From contig JBAXNY010000001.1 in NCBI GenBank assembly GCA_037133535.1, positions 1 through 36,161 of the forward strand: 36,161 bases of DNA. The letters are read 5' to 3'. Both the position numbers and the translations under genes were made by a program. How positions within the stretch are numbered: the stretch's first letter is position 1; every line of letters starts with the position of its first letter. Source of the stretch: Actinomycetes bacterium (GTDB lineage: Bacteria; Actinomycetota; Actinomycetes; Nanopelagicales; Nanopelagicaceae). The notes under the pieces are model-generated. The model did not search any database. It worked only from the letters and a program-made list of their open reading frames with translations, and had not been told where the DNA came from. Shown one piece after another: positions 29,385 through 36,161 of this stretch.

Positions 29385-30362
29385 CTAGTTGAGCAAATCT
29401 GGTGAGAGCCCAGCCTCAGTATCAGGAATACCAAGATCTGATGCGCGCTTATCTGCCATCGCTAATAGTCGACGAATCCGACCAGCGATTGCATCCTTTG
29501 TCATCGGTGGAGTTGCAAGTGAGCCAAGCTCTTCCAAACTTGCCTGACCATGACTAATACGCAATTCGCCTGCCTGCTTTAAGTGATCAGGAATCTCTGG
29601 ACCAAGAATTTCCATCGCACGTTGTACGCGAGCCGATGCCGCAACTGCAGCTCGGGCCGAACGTCGCAAATTGGCATCATCAAAATTAGCAAGACGATTT
29701 GCAGTTGCGCGCACTTCACGGCGCATTCTGCGCTCTTCCCATGCAAGGACGCTCTCGTGCGCACCTAAGCGAGTTAATAGAACTCCGATGGCATCGCCAT
29801 CGCGAATCACAACTCGATCTACGCCACGAACTTCCCGTGCCTTTGCCGCAATTCCTAAGCGGCGAGCTGCGCCAACAAGTGCCAGCGCTGCTTCAGGTCC
29901 TGGGCAGGTAATTTCCAATGACGATGAGCGCCCTGGTTCAGTCAGTGAACCATGAGCAATAAATGCACCACGCCATGCCGCTTCGGCATCACAGACTGCA
30001 GCAGAGACAACTTGTGGTGGCAAACCACGCACTGGTCGTGAATTTCCATCTACTAATCCAGTTTGGCGAGCAAGTGCTTCGCCATCGGCAACAACGCGAA
30101 CTACATAACGTGAACCTTTACGGAGGCCACCTGATGAGAGAACGGCAAGGTCACTATCGTGTCCGTAAATCTCGGAAATCTCTTTGCGAAGTCTGCGCGC
30201 ACTCTGGGCTGCATCGAGTTCAACTTCAATCACAATCTTTCCGCCAGTGACATGAAGCCCGCCGGCAAAACGTAGCAACGCGGAAACTTCAGCCTTACGG
30301 CAACAGGGTTTGGTGATCGCTAGACGACTCAACTCATCTTTCACACTTGCGGTCATGGCCAT
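29385..30362 (-). CDS. whiA: DNA-binding sporulation/cell-division regulator WhiA
   Basis: [14 protein letters not shown]... matches the conserved WhiA N-terminus (MAMT..VKDELSR), and the LAGLIDADG-derived and C-terminal HTH regions are highly conserved. The ORF track's ATG at 30386 would add 8 residues and overlap yvcK. Confidence 0.92.
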   Translation of the reverse strand: MAMTASVKDELSRLAITKPCCRKAEVSALLRFAGGLHVTGGKIVIEVELDAAQSARRLRKEISEIYGHDSDLAVLSSGGLRKGSRYVVRVVADGEALARQTGLVDGNSRPVRGLPPQVVSAAVCDAEAAWRGAFIAHGSLTEPGRSSSLEITCPGPEAALALVGAARRLGIAAKAREVRGVDRVVIRDGDAIGVLLTRLGAHESVLAWEERRMRREVRATANRLANFDDANLRRSARAAVAASARVQRAMEILGPEIPDHLKQAGELRISHGQASLEELGSLATPPMTKDAIAGRIRRLLAMADKRASDLGIPDTEAGLSPDLLN

Positions 30363-30366
30363 GGGC

Positions 30367-31320
30367 TTATCCAACCAGTGTTTCATTCATTACGCTGGCC
30401 AAAAGCTGAGCCAGTTTTTCCACATTGTGATGAATACTTCCCCGCTCTTGCCGTAAATCTGCGGTAATGAGGCGCCCACCGAAGGATTTCACTAATTTTT
30501 CGAGTTCGGCTGGTTGCTGCACCACTGATGTGTCCGCAATTACATAGGAGAGCATGAGATGTGGCGCATATTTTGCAATTAATTTGAGATGTTCTTGCGG
30601 GCTCTTCCCTGCCAATTCATCGCCCCCTTGGCTTGGATGTGGATCCAAATTAAGGAGAAGTATCTTTTGGGCTTTACTAGAAATCAGAGCATCGCGTTGG
30701 GCAGGAATAAGCAAGTGCGGCAGAACACTGGAGATCCAACTTCCCGGGCCCATCGTTATCCAATCGGCATGTGCAATTGCAGAGAGCGCTTCAATTCGGG
30801 CCGGTGGATTCTCCGGAATAATTGTGAGATTACGAAGTCGACCACTCGCACCAGCTACTGCTATCTGACCCCGTGCAATTTCAGTTTCACCATTACTCAC
30901 TTCAAATTCGGCTTCGATGTCGAGTGGCTCTGCCGCCATTGGTAATACTCGTCCGACAACTTTAAGAAGTGCTCCGACGCGGTCTAGCCCTGCAACTGGA
31001 TCTTCATCGCGATCCCAGAGCGCAGCGAGTAAGAGATTACCTACTGGATGGCCATCGAGTGGGCCTTGGGAGGTGAAGCGATATTGCATGATTTCAGCCC
31101 AACTTCTACCCCACTCATCATCACTGCAGAGTGCGGCAAGTGCCATCCGCAAATCACCTGGTGGAAAGATTGGAAATTCTTCGCGCAGCCGACCACTCGA
31201 TCCACCATTATCTGCGACAGTAACAATCGCAGTAATTTCACTCGTGACTTTGCGCAGCGCCGAGAGCGTTGCAGCTAAACCGTGTCCGCCACCGAGTGCG
31301 ACAACTTTTGGTTGAGTCAT
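30367..31320 (-). CDS. yvcK: YvcK/CuvA-family gluconeogenesis factor (CofD-like)
   Basis: 317 aa with [29 protein letters not shown] and [14 protein letters not shown] motifs. Conserved rapZ-yvcK-whiA synteny. Confidence 0.9.
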   Translation of the reverse strand: MTQPKVVALGGGHGLAATLSALRKVTSEITAIVTVADNGGSSGRLREEFPIFPPGDLRMALAALCSDDEWGRSWAEIMQYRFTSQGPLDGHPVGNLLLAALWDRDEDPVAGLDRVGALLKVVGRVLPMAAEPLDIEAEFEVSNGETEIARGQIAVAGASGRLRNLTIIPENPPARIEALSAIAHADWITMGPGSWISSVLPHLLIPAQRDALISSKAQKILLLNLDPHPSQGGDELAGKSPQEHLKLIAKYAPHLMLSYVIADTSVVQQPAELEKLVKSFGGRLITADLRQERGSIHHNVEKLAQLLASVMNETLVG

Positions 31321-32189
31321 TCGCGTCCCACATCACGATGCATAGCGTGGGCGGTAACTCCAGGGCGATTGAGTCGGGCTGCAATCTCCTCGCTGATCGC
31401 GACACTTCGATGCTTTCCACCAGTGCAGCCAATTGCCACTGTGACAAATTTCTTTCCTTCGGTGAGGAAGCCATCGCTCATAGAGATTAAGAGCGCCACA
31501 TAATCATCAATAAATTTATCAACACCGGGCGCAGATAAAACAGCCTTACGGACTGGCTCGTCTCGACCATTGAGTGGGCGAAGTTCTGGAATCCAATGTG
31601 GATTGGGAATGAAGCGACAGTCCAACAGAAGATCAGAATCAACTGGTATTCCATATTTGTAACCGAAGGAGAGGATGTTCATCCGAATACCTTGGCTCTG
31701 GCCGGCGCCGAATATCTCACCAATGCGCTTGTCGAGTTGGTGAACGTTAAGATTACTTGTGTCAATCACAACATCGGCACGAGAGCGCAATTCATCTAAT
31801 TTGGCTCGCTCTGCCGCAATTCCATTAATAATCGTGCCATCGCCCTGAAGCGGATGAGGACGACGGGTAGCTTCGAATCTTTGGACAAGTGCTTGATCGC
31901 TCGCATCGAGAAAGAGGAGCCGAAATGCAATGTTCTTTTTACTGAGTTCATCCAAACTTGAATTGAGATCGTTAAAGAACGCCCCACCACGAACATCGAG
32001 TACGACAGCAAGCCGGCCAATCTCACCACTATGAACTTTTTCAGTGAGTGCCGGCAAGAGTGCGGCTGGCAAGTTATCCACCACATACCAATGTAAATCT
32101 TCTAGGGCATGGGCAACTGTGGATCGACCAGCACCTGACATGCCAGTCAATATCAATAACTCAGAAGTGCCCGAGCTTGTCTTACTCAT
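31317..32189 (-). CDS. rapZ: RNase adapter / nucleotide-binding protein RapZ (YvcJ)
   Basis: 290 aa with P-loop GMSGAGRST and C-terminal CTGGKHRSV motif. Confidence 0.92.
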   Translation of the reverse strand: MSKTSSGTSELLILTGMSGAGRSTVAHALEDLHWYVVDNLPAALLPALTEKVHSGEIGRLAVVLDVRGGAFFNDLNSSLDELSKKNIAFRLLFLDASDQALVQRFEATRRPHPLQGDGTIINGIAAERAKLDELRSRADVVIDTSNLNVHQLDKRIGEIFGAGQSQGIRMNILSFGYKYGIPVDSDLLLDCRFIPNPHWIPELRPLNGRDEPVRKAVLSAPGVDKFIDDYVALLISMSDGFLTEGKKFVTVAIGCTGGKHRSVAISEEIAARLNRPGVTAHAMHRDVGRE

Positions 32190-32210
32190 CTTCGTATCCT
32201 TGCCTATCTG

Positions 32211-34130
32211 TCAAGCACCTGAAATTTCGCCGGTACCCGCATCGATCGTGCGTCCCTGCGCGGCAGTTAGATAATCACTTATGACCTGCGCTGTGGTGGC
32301 ACCTATGCCAGGGACGCTGGCAATTGCTACGACATCTGCTTTACGAATTGCCGCTACTGAACCAAAGTGGTCTAACAAGGCTTTGCGTCGCACTTCCCCT
32401 AATTGCGGAATTTCATCGAGGAGTGAGTCGAGCATCACCTTTGATCTGCGCGAGCGGTGGAAGGTAATTGCAAAGCGGTGAGCTTCATCGCGCAGACGTT
32501 GCAAGAGATAAAGTCCTTCACTGCTTCGGGGCAAGATTAATGGATCGCTCTCCCATGGCCGCCATACCTCTTCTAGCCGCTTAGCTAATCCGCAGAGCGC
32601 GATGTCAGTAATACCCAACTCGGCCAAGGCCTTAGCTGCTGCATTTACTTGTGGCGCACCACCATCGACGAGAATTAAATGTGGGCGATACGCAAATTTA
32701 CCTAGCGTGCCACCTTCGGTCACGACATCGCGTTGATTAACGCTCTCTTCATCGAGCAATCGCTTGAGGCGCCTAGTCAAAACTTGATGCATCGCGCGGG
32801 TATCGTCCCAGGCGGTTTCAGTATCGATAATAAAGCGACGGTACTCGCTCTTCTTCGGTAGGCCATCTTCAAATACCACCATCGAAGCAACTACAGATGT
32901 GCCAGAAATATTAGAGATGTCGAAGCATTCGATGCGAAGTGGCGTCTGAGTCATGTCGAGTGCGCTCTCAATTTGTTGTAGCGCTGCGCCACTTACTGCT
33001 GCATCACTCGAACGCTTATTGACATACTGAATCAGGGAGTACTGCGCATTGCGTTTGACCGTTGCCAACAATTCCAATTTCTCACCGCGTTGGGGGGTGC
33101 GTATGGCTACCGAATGGCCGGCTCGTTCACTCAGCCATTTTTCTAGCGCATCTAAATTATCTGGAATCTGATTTAGCAAGATCTCGCGTGGAATCTCATC
33201 AGCGGTGGCATCGCCATAAATCGAGAAGAAGAGCGATGTCACTTGATCATCGCCCTCTATGGTGCGTTCTTGATTCATCAACCACGAACGAGAGCCCTTA
33301 ATGCTTCCCTGCCGGATAATGAAACGGGAGGCGGCCGAATGGAGCCCCTCTTCATGAATTGCAATCGCATCGGCGTTGAGATCCTCTGGCAAGGTTGCAT
33401 CGGTAGATTCTTGAACCTTGGTGAGTGCGCCAATTTGATCTCGAATTTTCGCGGCCCGTTCGAACTCTTCGCTCTTTGCAGCAAGTTCCATCTCAGCTTC
33501 CAATTGTGGAACCAGATTGGTGCTTCCTGATTTCATAAACTTGATTAGGCGCTGGGCTAAATCAACATGCTCGCTCTCGCTAATTCGTCCAATACAAGGG
33601 GCCGCGCATTTGCCGATGTCTCCGAGTAAACATTGGCGTTTACTTTTGCGTGCCTTTTCAAAATTGCTCTTCGTGCAGGAACGCACTGGGAATACTTTGA
33701 GGAGAACATCGAAGGTTGTTCGAAGGGCCCATGCGTGTGCGAAAGGTCCGAAGTAAGTCAGGCCTGGTCGCTTCTCTTTACGTGTGATGAAGAGCCGTGG
33801 AAATGCCTCCGAGCTAGAAATTGCTAAGTAGGGATAGGACTTATCATCGCGAAATTGCACATTGTAGGTCGGATTGAATTGTTTAATCCAAGAAAATTCT
33901 AATTGCAACGCTTCGACTTCAGTTTTAACAATAGTCCAATCCACGCGAACTGCTTCGTGGACCATGCGATGAGTACGTTCGGCTAAGTTGCCACCAAAGT
34001 AACTACTAAGGCGAGACTTTAAATTAAGGGCTTTGCCGACGTAAATCACTTTATCTTTGAAATCAAAGAAGCGGTAAACGCCAGGCAGCTCTGGAATGTT
34101 ACTGGGGCGATACGCGGCCGGATCTGTCAT
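32211..34130 (-). CDS. uvrC: excinuclease ABC subunit C
   Basis: 639 aa with N-terminal GIY-YIG (PGVYRFFD...VIYVGKA), a UVR domain, the endonuclease V-like domain and a C-terminal (HhH)2. Confidence 0.95.
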   Translation of the reverse strand: MTDPAAYRPSNIPELPGVYRFFDFKDKVIYVGKALNLKSRLSSYFGGNLAERTHRMVHEAVRVDWTIVKTEVEALQLEFSWIKQFNPTYNVQFRDDKSYPYLAISSSEAFPRLFITRKEKRPGLTYFGPFAHAWALRTTFDVLLKVFPVRSCTKSNFEKARKSKRQCLLGDIGKCAAPCIGRISESEHVDLAQRLIKFMKSGSTNLVPQLEAEMELAAKSEEFERAAKIRDQIGALTKVQESTDATLPEDLNADAIAIHEEGLHSAASRFIIRQGSIKGSRSWLMNQERTIEGDDQVTSLFFSIYGDATADEIPREILLNQIPDNLDALEKWLSERAGHSVAIRTPQRGEKLELLATVKRNAQYSLIQYVNKRSSDAAVSGAALQQIESALDMTQTPLRIECFDISNISGTSVVASMVVFEDGLPKKSEYRRFIIDTETAWDDTRAMHQVLTRRLKRLLDEESVNQRDVVTEGGTLGKFAYRPHLILVDGGAPQVNAAAKALAELGITDIALCGLAKRLEEVWRPWESDPLILPRSSEGLYLLQRLRDEAHRFAITFHRSRRSKVMLDSLLDEIPQLGEVRRKALLDHFGSVAAIRKADVVAIASVPGIGATTAQVISDYLTAAQGRTIDAGTGEISGA

Positions 34131-34132
34131 AA

Positions 34133-36161
34133 CTATTTCTTTGCAGCGGTCGCAGGCTTCAAAATTTCTGCAAGATATTGGCCGGTGTAACTCGCCTTAT
34201 TCTTTGCCACATCCTCGGGTGTTCCCTCTGCAACAACTGTGCCGCCACGGAAGCCACCATCGGGTCCCATGTCAATTAGCCAATCGGCAGATTTAATTAC
34301 ATCAAGATTGTGCTCAATCACAACAACAGTATTTCCACCATCGACCAAGCGATTGAGGACCCCGAGTAATTTATTCACATCTTCAAAGTGAAGGCCGGTG
34401 GTTGGCTCATCTAGTACATAAATCGTGCGACCAGTGGAGCGGCGTTGCAACTCTGTCGCGAGCTTGACCCGCTGTGCTTCGCCGCCGGAGAGGGTAGGCG
34501 CTGATTGGCCTAAACGAACATAACCCAATCCGACATCGCAGAGCGTTTTCAAATAGCGCGCAATCGTAGGTACAGATTCAAAGAAGGTATGTGCCTGCTC
34601 AATCGGCAAATCCAAGACCTCAGCAATTGTCTTGCCCTTGTAACGAACTTCTAGCGTTTCGCGGTTATAACGAGCACCGTGACAGACTTCGCAAGGAACA
34701 TAAACATCGGGCAGGAAGTTCATTTCGATCGTGATCGTGCCATCGCCTGAGCAATTTTCGCAGCGCCCACCTTTGACGTTAAATGAGAATCGGCCCTGCA
34801 AGTAGCCGCGCACTTTTGCCTCAGATGTTTCAGAGAAAAGGGCACGAACTTTATCGAAGACACCAGTGTAGGTAGCGGGATTTGAACGCGGAGTGCGACC
34901 GATTGGTGATTGGTCAACGTGCACAACTTTATCGAGCTGATCAATTCCAGTGACAGTACGGTGGCGACCAGGTACTTGGCGCGCACCATTGAGCTTATTT
35001 GCCAGAACTACATAGAGGATGTCATTGACTAGCGTTGATTTTCCAGAGCCACTGACGCCAGTAACTGCAACAAATGCACTGAGCGGAAATGCCACTTCGA
35101 GATCTTTAAGGTTATTCTCCTTGGCACCTTTAACCACTAACTGACGTTTAGCGTCGATTGGCCGGCGCTTCTTAGGGATAGCAATTGATTTGCGTCCTGA
35201 AATGTAGGCACCAGTGAGAGATTCTTTGGAATCGATCAGCGATTGGTAATCACCAGAGACGACAACTTTGCCACCGTGCTCTCCCGCACCTGGACCGATG
35301 TCGACGATCCAATCTGCGGCACGAATTGTCTCTTCATCATGCTCGACAACGATGAGAGTATTTCCTAAATCGCGCAATCGCACCAAAGTTTCAATCAGGC
35401 GTCGGTTGTCGCGTTGATGAAGACCAATGCTTGGCTCATCAAGTACATAGAGCACACCCACTAATCCTGAACCGATCTGCGTCGCAAGGCGAATGCGCTG
35501 TGCCTCTCCACCAGAGAGAGTTGCCGCAGGTCGGGCTAATGAAAGATAATCCAAACCAACATCTAGTAGAAAGCCAAGGCGAGCATGAACTTCCTTCAAC
35601 ACTCGCTCTGCAATTTGGGCCTCGCGAGCTGCCAGAGTAATTCCACTCAAGAATTCTGCGCACTCGGAAATTGAAAATTCGCAGACTTCGGCAATACTTT
35701 TGCCGCCAATCGTCACAGCAAGAACTTCTGGCTTTAACCGCGCACCTTTACACACTGAACATGGAATCTGGCGCATGTATGCTTCATATTTCTCGCGACT
35801 GTAATCACTATCGGTCTCACCATGGCGGCGATGAATAAAGGGAATTACACCTTCAAAGCCAGTGCTGTAATTCCTAGTTCGGCCATAGCGATTGCGGTAT
35901 TTAACATGAACTTCATATTCAAAGCCATTGAGAATTGCATCTTTAGCTTTCTCGCTCAGGCCCTTCCAAGGCTTAGCAAGTGAGAACTTCACCTCGGTTG
36001 CGAGTGCTTCCAAGAGGCGTAGGAAATATTCTGAGGATTGACCACCGGCCCACGGCGCGATTGCGCCATCATTAATTGAGATTGAATCATCAGGAATGAT
36101 GAGATCAAAGTCCACTTCAAGTTTTGTTCCAATGCCGCTGCACTCAGGGCAGGCGCCAAAG
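34133..36161 (-). CDS. uvrA: excinuclease ABC subunit A, C-terminal ~676 codons (5' end beyond the right edge)
   Basis: Two sets of ABC motifs and zinc-finger Cys pairs (CENCSGDG...CEVCHGARY). The frame stays open upstream of the ORF-track start at 36115, which is an internal GTG. Translating 36116..36160 gives [16 protein letters not shown], the UvrA zinc module. Confidence 0.95.
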   Translation of the reverse strand, partial: FGACPECSGIGTKLEVDFDLIIPDDSISINDGAIAPWAGGQSSEYFLRLLEALATEVKFSLAKPWKGLSEKAKDAILNGFEYEVHVKYRNRYGRTRNYSTGFEGVIPFIHRRHGETDSDYSREKYEAYMRQIPCSVCKGARLKPEVLAVTIGGKSIAEVCEFSISECAEFLSGITLAAREAQIAERVLKEVHARLGFLLDVGLDYLSLARPAATLSGGEAQRIRLATQIGSGLVGVLYVLDEPSIGLHQRDNRRLIETLVRLRDLGNTLIVVEHDEETIRAADWIVDIGPGAGEHGGKVVVSGDYQSLIDSKESLTGAYISGRKSIAIPKKRRPIDAKRQLVVKGAKENNLKDLEVAFPLSAFVAVTGVSGSGKSTLVNDILYVVLANKLNGARQVPGRHRTVTGIDQLDKVVHVDQSPIGRTPRSNPATYTGVFDKVRALFSETSEAKVRGYLQGRFSFNVKGGRCENCSGDGTITIEMNFLPDVYVPCEVCHGARYNRETLEVRYKGKTIAEVLDLPIEQAHTFFESVPTIARYLKTLCDVGLGYVRLGQSAPTLSGGEAQRVKLATELQRRSTGRTIYVLDEPTTGLHFEDVNKLLGVLNRLVDGGNTVVVIEHNLDVIKSADWLIDMGPDGGFRGGTVVAEGTPEDVAKNKASYTGQYLAEILKPATAAKK

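Noticed and set aside
36113-36115. Apparent uvrA start codon at 36115
   Set aside because: It is an internal GTG. The frame stays open to the window edge, and the upstream residues ([16 protein letters not shown]) are UvrA zinc-module sequence, so the gene is 5'-truncated by the window.

Overview
This 36.2 kb window is densely packed core chromosome from a streamlined, moderate-GC actinobacterium. Gene content and order match the conserved Streptomyces/Mycobacterium/Micrococcales backbone; assigning it to an ultra-small freshwater lineage would only be a guess. By my gene calls about 97-98% is coding. Left to right: argD(partial)-argB-argJ-argC, pheT-pheS, a TrmH-family methyltransferase, rplT-rpmI-infC, fabI(inhA-like)-fabG, DUF3099, SURF1, an ABC exporter fused onto the end of the SUF operon (sufR-sufB-sufD-Rieske-sufC-sufS-sufU-sufT), ctaA, tkt-tal-pgi, rbpA, secG-tpiA-pgk-gap, whiA-yvcK-rapZ-uvrC and uvrA(partial). 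I see no tRNA/rRNA genes, CRISPR arrays, transposases, integrases, phage genes or defence-like cassettes. I found no convincing novel multi-gene system; this is an ordinary housekeeping region. The points worth a second look are local. They are: an in-frame TGA at a conserved Gly codon of the essential pheT; an ATC-initiated infC behind the only long, hairpin-rich non-coding stretch; tandem ARG boxes overlapping the pheT stop; an ArgB with no room for the N-terminal helix of arginine-sensitive kinases; a perfect LacI/cre-like palindrome upstream of gap; a candidate SufR operator over the sufR start; an ABC exporter translationally abutted to sufT; and the absence of zwf-opcA-pgl next to tkt-tal-pgi.
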